Origin: Vicugna vicugna
Taxonomy: Eukaryota
Assembly (NCBI GenBank): GCA_013265495.1
Contig: MU057947.1
Coordinates: 1,325,070 to 1,389,069, forward strand
Direction: 5' to 3'
Length of the DNA stretch: 64,000 bases
The stretch's first letter is position 1; each line of letters opens with the position of its first letter. Positions 13,510 to 24,972 of the stretch are shown in pieces. The translations under genes and the position numbers were made by a program. Under the pieces are notes generated by a model. That model was not told the DNA's origin. It saw only the letters and a list, made by a program, of their open reading frames with translations, and searched no databases.

Positions 13510-14443
13510 AATTTAACTTCAGAGACACTTCTTGCTGGAGAATCCAAAAAATGAAATAGTGAATAAAAAGATGTTTACATTATAAACACCTAATACCCAC
13601 CCACATATCTCAAAATATGAAATACTTAAGAATGGATTGAACAACACACGTGCATGATTTGTGGGCTGAGAACTACAGAATCCTCCTGAGAGAAATAAGA
13701 CCTAAGAAAGCGGCGAGCGATTCCGTGTTCAGGGCCCGGAGAGCTCGGTGTTGTGAAGCCGTCAGTTCCTCCCAGACTCATCCAGAGACTCACACAAGCC
13801 GAGCTGAAACCCCGGAAGGCGTCTTTCCTGAAATGTACACGGGAATGCGGAGGGCCTGTGGGAAAAATGGGAGACAGTAACCGTCAGAGGAGCCCTACCC
13901 CCGATGCCAAGTTTGCCGCGTGGAGTGACAGAGCTGGGGTGGTAGCGCTGGCAGCTGGGCAGACACGAACACCGAAGGAAAGGATGCGACTGTGGTGTCA
14001 CACACACACGCACGTACGGGTCAGCTGACAGCAGCAGATTCGCCAAGGCGATTACAAGGGGCACGCCTGGCCTTTCCAGCAAATGGTGCTGGAATATCTG
14101 TTTATCTGCTCACTAATATTTGTGTGTGATGTAAAAGAGATGTTTATGATAGATTTTATATACTTTATTTATTAATATAAAACAGACTTCCATGTAAACA
14201 CTAAAAGTATAAAACTTCTTAAGAAAACATTGGAGATAATTTTTGTGACCTTGGGACTCACAAGCTTTCTTGGGATACAGAAAGGACAAACCATAGAAGA
14301 AAGAAACAGACAAATTTGACATCAAGAAAGTTGAAAAAATTGCTTTTCAAAAATCATGTAAAGAAAATAAAATGGCAAGTCACAGATGGAAGAAAGCATT
14401 TGCAAAACATGTCTGAAAAATGTGTATCAACAGTGTATAAAGA

Positions 14444-14959
14444 TGGTTGGACCTAGAGATTATCATGCCAAGTGAAGTCAGTCAGAAAGACAAGAAAGGT
14501 ATCATATGATGTCACTTACATGTGGAATATTAACAAGTGACACAAATGAACTTATTTACAAAACGGAAATAGACTCACAGACTTAGAAAACAAATTTATG
14601 GTTACCAGGGCGGGGAGAGAAGGGGGGAGGGATAAATTGTGGATTTGGGATTAACAGATACACGGTGTTACGTATAAAATATATAAACAACCAGGACCTA
14701 CTGTAGAGCACAGGGAACTGAATTCAATACCTTGCAATAACCTATAATGGAAAAGAACTAAAAATGGATGAACACGTATGTATAATGGAATCAGTGTGCT
14801 GTACACCCGAAACTAACACAACATTGTAAATCAACTATAGTTCAAAAAAATAGAAGAAAATAGACAATGGTAAAACAGAAAAAAAGGCTAATGTTAGATT
14901 TAATAATAATAATCTTCATTACTCAAATATTCAGATACACTTAAAGTATTTAAAAAAAG
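14444..14959 (+). mobile_element. Younger 5'-truncated L1 (ORF2 end plus 3' UTR) nested in the old L1
   Basis: tggttggacctagagattatcatgccaagtgaagtcagtcaga (W.DLEII..SEVSQ) through acaacattgtaaatcaactatagttcaaaaaaa. The host reads gtgtataaaga before and aaagaactcttacaac after, giving an apparent TSD aaaga. Confidence 0.9.
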
Positions 14960-17900
14960 AAAGAACTCTTACAACTTAATAAAATGAAGACAAAAGCCCC
15001 AATAAATGATGGGCAAAAATTTGAAATATACTTTGTCAAAGAAGATTTGCAGATGGGCGAACAGCACAGGGAGAAGTGCTAGGGAAAGGAAACGTAGACC
15101 CACGCGGAGGTGCCTTGACGCCTCTTCAGAGAGCCTCCGGTCACAGGGACTGGCCGGGGCAGGCGCCGGCAGGCGTGCGGGGTGGCCGAAACGTCCCTGC
15201 GCTGCTGTGGGGTGTGCTGTGTACGCGCTTTGGAAAGGAGTCTGGCGTCTGTCTGTCTGTCTGTCTGTCTAAGTAAACACACTCGGAGCAGACCACCCAG
15301 CAAATCCCACTTCTCAGCGTTCACACAAGGTAAGTGGAAATCTGTGTCTACACAATGGGTTGTGCACTCTGTGCACGGAAGCACTTTTCATAGCAGCCCC
15401 GACCTGGAGAGGATCCAAGGGTCCGTCTGTTGGAGAGGGGACCGACCACGGACTGTCCACACGGTGGGAATACTCCTCAGACAAAAGGAACCGCTAATCA
15501 CACGGAGGAACTCAGTAACGGTGCGCTGAGTGCCAGAGAAAACCGACACGACGCCGCACACGGAGCTGCTCCAGTTCCGCAGCGGCCTGGAGACTCGCAG
15601 TGGGCGCCGGGGCGGGGCGGGGGCTGACTCCGCGGGCGGCGCGGCGTTCTCAGCCGCGGCGGTGGCGGGTGAACCTCCGTGTGCGTGTCGAGGCTTGCTG
15701 AACTGCACGCTTAACACTGGTGAATTCAACAGTATATAGATCATGGCTCAATCAAAGTGATTGAAAATAATAAGCAAAAAAAAAAACAAAAAAAACAACA
15801 AAACCAAAACCCTGCAAACGAAAAACTGAAGAGCCCGGCATCCTAGGCTCCCAAGGGGTCAGTAGGACAGCAGGTGGTGGCCCGGAGCCCTTGCCCGGGG
15901 TGGGTTGTCCTTATTCTCTGGTCCAGGGCCCGTTCATCACTCACCTTTCTGGGCTGGAGCTTAAGAAAGTGATGGCATTTCAGCTGCTCTGGGTCCACTC
16001 CCGCTCCTGGCTTTGGCTGGTGTGTGCCCCCGAGAGCCCTGCACCCCGCCTCTCGTCTCCGTCTTCCTCCTGCTCGGGAGGCCCCTCCCCAAGGGGCCTG
16101 GACCACCACCCGGCAGCCCCTCCCCCGTCCGCCCTCGGGCTTCCCGGGGTGAGTCTGCTGTTGGATGTGGTGCCTTAACGTCCGACCTCTCGCTCCCAGA
16201 GGCTTGTCTCCCGGTTTACTGGCCCTTTCCTTGGCTGGAAGGTGGGCTTCGCACGCCAGGCCGGTCGGGCGTAGACGCTCAGGTTTCTGGTCCCGGGGCA
16301 GCGAAGCGAAGTCGCGTTTCCCTAGTTTTCCGTTTCTCTTGAGAAGACGCGTGGAGGGGTGGTTCTCAGCTGTGACCGTCCCATGTCCTGCGATCCGGAT
16401 CGGTGGGTGTGTGAGGCTGGCATTTCAAATGGACAGGATGCTAATTGGAATAAACTTATTTGTCCACTGAATTACAACGTTTATCTAAACCTGGGTTTCT
16501 GTTGTGTGGACCCCGCTGTTTCTCTGAAGTGTGGTCCTCTCGCCGTGCAGTGCTCTGGGTGGTGTGGACGGTGACTGCAGGGGTGGGAGCGCCAGCTCTG
16601 GGTCGGGGGCTTCGAGATGGAGGCTTGTGGGCTCTTACGATGGGGACGAGGGCCCCTCTCTGCTGGAGCGGACCAGGCGGTCCCCACAAGGATGGAAGGG
16701 CTGGGCCATCCTTGGGTTTGCGGACATGCATAGCCTTGTTTCCCATCCCTGCGGTGGGGCCAGTGTCCTGGGATCACGAGGACGTGGACGCAGCTGCGTT
16801 GAGGCCCTCGAGACAACATCCAAGGATGCAGGCCCCCGAGCAGGGAGGTGACGGGAGGGCGGGACTCCACCCCCGCCACTTCATCCCGCCACTGGTCAGG
16901 GGCAGAAATCACCCGGCACCCTTGGATTTTGAGCTCGGTCACAGCCATGCCGAGAAAACATTCCATTCGCATCCTAGGACCCACATGCATCAGACAAAAG
17001 ACATTTCATCCAGGTGTGAGGTTTACCCTTCAGATGCAATGTGGCCAAACCCTTATTCTATGCAATTAGTGTCCAAAAATTCCCCTTCATGCGGGTAACC
17101 AGGTCCTCTGGGCACCAGGGCCCCACCAAGAGCCTGGTGTGTGGAGCCTTGTGACTTGGAGATGGCTGCTCACGGGGGGAGCCTGGAAGGTTGGGACACT
17201 GCACATTTGCTACGTTACAGACAATGATGTAAAGGCACAGAGCTGTTGTGAGTCGGGAAATTCGAATAATGGGTCTTCCCCTTGAAACCTTTTTGGCACC
17301 GTTGGGGGACATTAGGCTGCTGCCATCCAAAATCTGGAGAGACAGCTCCGGCATCTGTCTCCACAGGTTCAAGAGCAGTGGGCGTTTCCATGAACCCCCC
17401 TGAAGCCCCTCCCTGTCGCCTGTGGCCCCTGGGTGACACGCCTACTAAGACTATTTCAGGATGGTTCCTGAGTGTAGAGGGGTGCGGTAGGGCCAAGAGG
17501 GGCTGGGGGAGCCCGCAGGGCCCCCAGGGCTGGGAGGGAGACCACCCACAGTGATGGCCACCGACGAGGTCCCTGGGGAGCAGGGGCCCTGAGGGGCTGT
17601 GGCCGTGGATGCAGTGATGGGAAGGGCCTGCAGCCAGTGGCCGGTGAGGGTCCCCGGGTCCCTGATGCCAGCAAGGTTGATGCTGCTGATATGGCCCGGA
17701 GCTGATGCCCACGTGGCGGGCAGGTCACGTCCAGGCAGGAGGACCATCCTGTTCAGTTCTGTGGGAAGCCTGAAGATGTGAATATTCAGTGAAAAGGAGA
17801 AAGTTCACTTTGAATGTGGCAAGGTGCAGTTATCACGTAGGAGATGAAGCGTGGAGAACCCAGGTGTATTCAGCTGGAGAGAAACACAGTTGTGTTTCAC

Positions 17901-18557
17901 ACGCGCTCATCCTGTGGCTGTGAAATGTCCCAAGCGTCATAAGCATTTCATCTCGAGTTACCCAGCTCTGATTCCTGCACCCTCCTCCCACCCCCTCGGC
18001 CCCCTGAGTCCTGCTGATCTAAGGGGTGCCTCTTGCCTCTTGCAGCCTCTATTCTGTGCGGTGACTGAGACACGGGGGCTTCGTACATTAAACTCGCACT
18101 TTCTAGTGTGTCCAGCGTGACAGGATTTGGCTGCGGAAGAGACGTTGCCTGCTCTTCGTCCCACAGCTGGCACAGGGACTGGGCGATGGACACCCAGACC
18201 GGGGGCTGGAGCTCCAAGGCCGGCTCTTCCTCAGCAAAACTAGGCTGTTGAGATCAGTGTCGCCTTGACCCCGAGCTGCAGACCCTTCTGTGCATGTGAG
18301 ATGGGGTTTAACTGGACAGCTCAGCCCAGCAGGAGAGTGATGGGCTTCATGCCACCCAGAGATGCGAGGCAGTGACTCAAAAGAATGTGGTACCGGCCGT
18401 CAGATGCAACTTCATCCAAGCTGAACGCAAGGAGGGGAATCCAACAGCATTTCTCAGCGGAGAGCCCTTTTCCCTGCCAGGTCAGCTGCAGCTGTTCTAG
18501 GTACTGTCTGTCGATTAATATTTCCAGAGTCCCTCCCTGTGTCAGGCACCGTAGGGC

Positions 18558-18602
18558 TGTGTGTGTGTGTGTGTGTGTGCGCGCGCGCGCACACACACAT
18601 GC
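18558..18602. repeat. Compound (TG)n(CG)n(CA)n microsatellite
   Basis: Read directly; uninterrupted purine-pyrimidine alternation. Confidence 0.95.
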
Positions 18603-20114
18603 CCACATATGTTGTTTCCAAGTAACTATGTGGAAAAATTCTCTGCTTGATGAAAAGCTTACCTTTCCCCCCGGCCAGAGCGGTGTATTAAGAAAACTGT
18701 GCATCAGTTTGGTGGCAGTGGGACGGACCAACAGGGCACAGTGGTGGCACCTGTCAGGATGAGCGATTTAGAGGCTGATGCGAAAGAACCCGCTCCGTGC
18801 GCCCCTTTCTGCTTCTCCCCCCGTAAACGCGGGGCTCCCTCTGAGGGGACGTGGGCGCCGGGGTGGGGGCGGGGCAGCCCAGGTTGCCGCTCCTGTGACC
18901 TGGCCTCCTCCGCCTCCTCCTCGGGAATCCCTCCCTGTCAGCGTGCTCTCGGAACCCCCAGGCATCTGTCTCCTGGAAGGCGCTCATGCAGGCCTCCTGG
19001 GGGCAGGTTGAGGGTGTCGGGGTTACCTGCGGGGCGGGGGCCACCGCTGCAGAGCCTCCCGCCGTGGGCTGCGGGCTGCAGACCACCTGGAGCGGGCAGG
19101 CCCTCGGGAGACGGCGCCGTGGCTGCCTCGGTGACCGCTTCGCTAGCCCAGGCACCTGCCCATCTGGACGTGAGTGTGAGAGCTGGGTGGGCGTGCTGGG
19201 GACGGAGGGTGTGTCCGGTCCAGTCTGTGGCTCGGCCGGGCTCCTCAGAACTGCGGGACTGCCGGGAGGGAGACGGCCCCGGTCACTGAGGGTGAGTGGA
19301 CTCAGGCCTTCCCCAACGTCTCAGGGCGACGGTGTTGCCGACACTCGGAGGCTTCAAAATGGGAGTGAAGGAAGCATGAGGGGCGTCGGGGACACTAGTC
19401 GGGACCCTCTCCAGGGCTGGACCTGGGACCCACGCCTGTTCTTTGATAACCAACAGAACGTGGCTTTGAAATGATGGACTCGGCATCGTGCCTCCCCCCC
19501 CGTTTAATTTGTGCCTGTGCCTGTCAGACAAGGCAGGCCCCTTCTGAGTGTCACACCCAGCACAGTGAAAACATGGCCTTCGTCCAGCCGTCGTGGAGAC
19601 TGACAAGGGGGGAGCAAAGTGCAAAGTGGGTTCCTGGTTTGTTGGTCTCCCCAGAATGATCTCACGGGGGTTCAAGGGGCTGGACGTTTTCTGCACAAGG
19701 CAGGGGCCGGGGTTTGTCAGATGGACGTCCTGGAGCTCGTGAGCAGAGGCCCGAGGGCCGGTGTGTGACGCGGGACCGAGGCCGTGGTGGAGGAGCGCTC
19801 TGGGAGGGAGCTGCTTTCTCAGAGGAAGGGGGAGAAAATGAGCAGGGGTGTCAACGCCCCAGTCGGGACCGACCTGGCGGGTGGTTCAGTCCGCACCTCC
19901 TCAGTCTGCTCTGCGTAAAGCGCGTTCTTCACCCGTGGAGGACAGCCCTGTCCCTCTGCAGGTGGAAGGGGCGTGTCCCCTGAAACCACCCGCGGTGGCA
20001 CTGGCGTGCGGCCTCAGGTCACCTAGAGCGCTGGGGCGTGGGACCCTCGACTTCAACTCTGGGCTCCTGCAGCGACTTTTGGATCCTGCAGCCTGGATGA
20101 TAGAGATCTTTTTT

Positions 20115-22720
20115 CTTAATAGATTTTTTTCTTCCAGTTTTATTGAGATATAATTGACACACAGTGCTGTATAATTTTAAGATGTACAACATAATGATTT
20201 GATACATACATCATAAAATGTTTATTGCAGTAGGTTTAGTGAACTTCCATCATCTCATACAGATGCAACATTAAAGAAATAGGAAAAATACATTTTCCCT
20301 TGTGATGAGGACTCAGGACTTGCTCTCTTAACAGCTTTCATTTGTAGCCCACAGCAGTGTGAGCTCTCTTTTCCATGATGTGCAGTGTGATGGTGATGTG
20401 TATTTTCTAATAAGAAGTTCGTCCCTTTCCACCACCTCTGTCTGCTGCCCCTGCCCAGGAACCTGGCTCTGGAAGCCACAACTCTGATCTCCTTTTCTAT
20501 GAGTTGGTTTGTTTTTGACACATGATTGACCTGAAATAAAATAACTGTATTAATTCCTGATAAACAACATAGTGATTTGATTCAGTATTTTTATGCATTT
20601 CAAACTGGTCACCATGATAAGCCCAGTTACCACCTGTCACCACACAAAGGAGTTACATGATTATTGACTGTGTTCCCCGCCCTGCACATCTCATACCTGT
20701 GACTCATCTCTTTCGTTACCACAAGTTTGTCCCTCTTAATCTCCTTCAGGCGTGTCTCTCCGCCCCGCCCCCTGCCCTGTAGCAACGACCTGCTTGTTTT
20801 CTGTGCCTGTGACTCTCCTTTGTTATGTTTGTGCTCGTGTTTTGTTTTTTAGATTCCACATATAGGTGAAATCATACAGTGCTTGCCTTTTTCTGACTTA
20901 TTTCACTTAGCGCCCACCCTCTAGTTCCCCCCACGTTATTGCAAATGGTATTATTTCCTCCTCTTCATGGCTGGGTAGTATTCCACTGTGTACATATGTA
21001 TATACACCACATCTTTATCCAGCCATCTGTTGATGGGCACTCAGGCTGCTTCCATATCTTGGCTGTTGTACATGGTGCTGCTGTCAACACAGGGGTGTAT
21101 ACATCTTTTCAATTTAGAGTTTTTGTTTTCTTTGGATAAATACCCAGGAGTGGAATTGCTGGATTGTATGGTAGGTCTATTTTTAACTTTCTGAGAAGTC
21201 TCCATTCTGTTTTCCAGAGTGGCTGCACAGATTCACACGGCACCTGAGGGTTCCCTTTTCTCCCCACCCTCTCCAACAGTTGTTACTTGTAGCCTTTTCA
21301 GTAACAGCCGTCCTGCTGGCTGTGAGGAGCTGTCTCAGTGCGGCTCTGGTTCGCATGTCCCCGATGGGCAGTGATGTTGATCATCTTTCCACCTGCTCGT
21401 CGGCCGTCGGGATGTCTTCTTCAGATCCGCTGCCCGTTTTCGGTCAGGTTGTTCCACTGATGTTGAGTTGTACGAGTTCTTTGTATATTTTGGATGTAAA
21501 CCCTTATCTGCTTCCTACCGGCTTGATTTACTACCTTCACCGTACGTTTGCGTTGACCAAGGAGAGTCTTCCTTTTGTGCTCTTCCTATTTCTAGTTGTG
21601 GCCCTTTCTGTTCTGCTTGGAGGAGTCCCTTCGGCACTTCTTGTAAAGCTGGTTTGTTGATGGCGTGCTCTTTTAGCTTCTGCTTGTCTGCAAAACTTTC
21701 AATCTCTCTGTCTAAGCTAAATGATAGCCTTGTTGGGTAGATTTTTAATTTTTGCCGTTTTAATTACAACGTATCTCTTGGCATGTTCCTCTTTGGGGTG
21801 ATCCTGTTTGGGACTCTCTGTGCTTCCGGGACCTGGATGTCTGTTTCCCTTCCCAGGCTGGAGAAGATTTCGGCTATTATGTTTTCAAACATGTTCTCTC
21901 CCCCTTCTTCTTCTGGAAGCCCTATAATACAAATGCTAGCACACTGGGTGTTGCCCCAGGTCTCTTCAACTAGCCCCATTTTTTAAAACTCTTTTTTCTT
22001 TTTCTGTCCTGCTGGAGCGATTTCCCTGCTCCGTCTTGTAGTCTGCTGGTCCATTCCTCTGCCGTCCCGTCTGTTGATTCCTTCTCGTGTGCTTTTTGCT
22101 TCAGTCATTGTGTCTGCAGCTCTGTTTGGTTCTTCTTTGTATTTTCTAACTCTTTGTTACAAACTTGTAAACGCCTCCCTCTGTTCTCCCTTCTTCTCCC
22201 GAGTTCTGTGAGCATCTTGTGATCGTGATCGGGACCTTGAGCTGTGTATCAGGTAGATGGCTTATCTCCACTTCACTTAGTTCTCTTTTGGGGGTTTGAT
22301 CTTGTTCCTTCATTTGGAGTGTATTTCTGTCACCTCATTTTGCCTAATCCTTGTTTTTATTTCTGTGTACTTGGTGTGTTGGTTATATTTCCCAGTCCTG
22401 GAGAAGGGGGTCTTGTGTAGGAAACCTCGTATGGGGCCCAGCAGCACACTCCCCTCTGGTCATCGGAGCTGTCCACTCTAGGGGTGCCCTCTGTGTGGTC
22501 TGAGTGGGTCCTTGTGTTGGGGTGGGCGGACAGCGGGGGGTGGTCAGGTAGCGCGGCTGGCCCCCAGTCCAGCTGGCGGCCAGGCCCTGCCCTGTGTAGG
22601 GGCTGCTGGCCGCCGCAGGTGGGGCCCTGTCCTGTCCCATCCTGCCGGGCTGCTGGAGAGCGGGGAGCTCGGCAGACACCTTCCCACGGCGTGCCGTTCC
22701 GCCAGAAAGAGCCTGCGTCA
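20115..22720 (-). mobile_element. Internally deleted L1: 3' UTR, ORF2 C-terminus, ORF1 pieces, GC-rich 5' region
   Basis: ttttattgagatataattgac 3' end at about 20137, standard 3' UTR/ORF2 end to about 21510, ORF1 CTD at 21600-21740, ORF 21764..21979 ICIIGLPEEEGGENMFENIIAEIFSSLGRETDIQVPEAQRVPNRITPKR (ORF1p RRM). The 5' boundary is approximate. Confidence 0.85.
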
Positions 22721-24119
22721 GAGCGTGATCGTGCCTCCAGTGAGAAAGAACTGATTATCAGCCCGGGGCTTCTGCTGTTAAAACTGGTGTTACTAAAATA
22801 GAACTGTATTGATGTTTAGAGGCACTTAAAGAAAGTTCTGGGGGAGAAAGCCAACAAGTGAACAACCCAGAGCAGCCTCAGCGGGTCTGGGTGCATGGGA
22901 CTCTTCCTTCTGGGTGGCAGGCAGTGACCAGCACGGCCTCCCCGAGGCTGCAGGGAGGGACATAATGTAAGTTTCAAGACGGCAGAAACCACGTCTCTCC
23001 GGTTCACACTTTGGTCCCCGCCTGGCACAGAGCTGGTCCTCAAGGACGTGACATGAGGAAGGAGCTGGAAGATAAAAAGCAGGGGCTTCCTGACCCGGCT
23101 CCGCTGGGCCCAGGGCCCTCTCTTTTCTTACAGACACACGTTTTCTCTCGTTTGTTGCTTTTCCTAGGAATGCAAGTTAAAGCAGGCGGCGCCATCGCGG
23201 TGATTAAAGCATCTGTAGCCTCAGAGTGATTGCACTTGAGGCAAAAAGCTCGATTCGTTATGAGGAGCTACAAGCCTCTCCTACTTTGACGGCGTGAAAA
23301 GTTTGATTAGGATTCAGATGTCGTTACTCACCGACAGTCTTTAATTTAAGAACACGTTGATTTGCGACTCTGATGTCTGCTTATGTCAGAGATACACACA
23401 CACACAGAAAGGATGCTTTGAAAAATTCCAAACAACATTATTATTGAAAATAAAGCTGCACCTCTTTGCACAACATTGAGAAAAATTGTCTAATTTTACA
23501 AAGTTAGCAGAGCAGTGCCTGGACTTGCCAGGATCCGAGGGTCGTGGGTCTCTTATAAGCATGTATTACTGATGAGACCATCTGAAGAACTATGAGAAGA
23601 AGAAACCTTCTGTGTAAGCAAGAAATAAAGTCCAGGCGATTCAATCACTGTGGCGCAAGGAAGGAGAACTCACGGGGTTGGGCTGGAGCCGTGATGGAAC
23701 TGTCTGCATGACTGGTTTCCTTTTGTGATTGGAGAGCTGCCATCTAGAGGGGGGCACGTCCAGGACCCACGGCTCAGAGAAGGAAGCTTTCCTGGGGGAG
23801 TGGATGGCTCTCGAAACAAGCAAATGACTGTTTCCATCTGGGAAATGCTTTACCGAACAGAAAATGAATGACACCCAAGACCGGCAAAGCAGATGTAGTG
23901 CCTGTGCCCCGCCAAGCTCCCCCGGTCGCCGTCTTCCCACCCTCAGACTCACACACAGCCTACCTTTCCTACGGCCGGAACAGGGAGCAAGGGACTCACC
24001 CGGCACAGGGGGCGGGGCCCTGCCGGCCTTGGAGGGGCTCGGGTGAGCATGAACTCGCCCGCAGGACGGAAACGGGGTAAGGAGATGGGGATGTGGAGGA
24101 CCAGCGGGGCGGGATGCTG

Positions 24120-24266
24120 TGCGGTCGCCAGGAAAACTGCACGATACCCAGTTCAGTTTGAATTTCGGACAAACAATGACAGTAGCTTAATTAAAAATAT
24201 CCCAAAGACTGCCTAGGACACACTTCTAATCAAAAAGGTTGTTTATCTCAAATTAAACCTGGCAGT
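24120..24266 (+). mobile_element. MER53 hAT MITE, copy 1
   Basis: ggtcgccaggaaaactgcacgatacccagttcagtttgaatttcggacaaacaatga...ttgtttatctcaaatt...cctggca matches the recalled palindromic MER53 consensus. Confidence 0.75.
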
Positions 24267-24834
24267 GGTAGACGGCGTTGAGGTTGGGGTCAGGGAGGAA
24301 AGAGTTGAGGGCTCACGTCCTGGTGCAGAACCTCCTGGAATCCGCGAGCGAGGCCGTCCGGGAGAGGCAGTCGGAGGGTGCACAGGTGCTGGTCGGGGCC
24401 CTGCAGGTAACAGTCGGGATGGCCAAGTCCCCGGGCCACGCGGAGGGCGTCTGCACGGCAGGGGTGGCCGTCCGTAGATTAGCTTCCAATAATGAGTGTG
24501 TGAAATCCTCCCGGGAGGCAAATACGCCACGAACAACGCGCTCCAGAAGCACTCTGCGTCCGCAGGGCGACCGGGCCACGCAGCTCTTCCCGCAGAGGCT
24601 TCTGTATCACGGCTCTCTAACTGTAAGGTGATCGCCGCTAATGTTTGCCCAGCGTTCCCTGTGAACAGCGCTGTTCTGAGCGTTTCGCACACTTTACGGC
24701 ATGTCCTTGTCCCAGACGCTCCCCCGCACCTCTGCAGTGACGACGTGTGAGGAACACGTGCCGGCCCCGGCGGTGCTGGAATCTGCCCTTGGCCCCACCC
24801 TGCGGGGCGTGCTGCATCTTCACCTAGCCCTTCG

Positions 24835-24972
24835 CAGTTTGAACTTCAGATCAGTAATGAATACTTTTTGACTATAGTAAGTCCCAGATATTTCGTGGGA
24901 CATATGTATACTAAAAGGGTCATTTAAAATTGGAATTGAACTGTGTTTTCTTAGTAGCAGTCTGGGAAGCAC
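24835..24972 (+). mobile_element. MER53 hAT MITE, copy 2
   Basis: cagtttgaacttcagatcagtaatgaatactttttgactatagtaagtcccagatatttcgtgggacatatgtatactaaaa, with central stem gtccca/tgggac. Confidence 0.75.

Larger units (their letters stand above)
11330..15790 (+). mobile_element. Old, degenerate L1 (ORF1 C-half, ORF2 pieces, L1MB/MC-like 3' UTR, A-tail) with nested insertions
   Basis: ORF1 RHVIIKV...DKEQIL near 11483. ORF2: cattcctcatgaacacgtacgctgaaatcctcaacaaaacgatagcaag (LMN..AEILNK.IA), tttgacaacatttaacatccattcatgatgaaaactct (FD.I.HPFM.KTL), aaatggtgctggaata (KWCW). 3' end gaactgcacgcttaa...ctcaatcaaagtgattg, then A-rich tail 15776-15810. Confidence 0.85.

Noticed and set aside
16900..17120. 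Possible hAT/Charlie-type fragment
   Set aside because: No terminal inverted repeats or TSD identifiable by eye.
17740..17890. Possible CR1/L3 fragment
   Set aside because: Only two short resemblances; cannot be supported without an HMM search.
18653..18775. Minus-strand AAG|GTAAGC donor with possible upstream acceptors
   Set aside because: Weak pyrimidine tracts and unrecognisable translation; such donors are frequent by chance.
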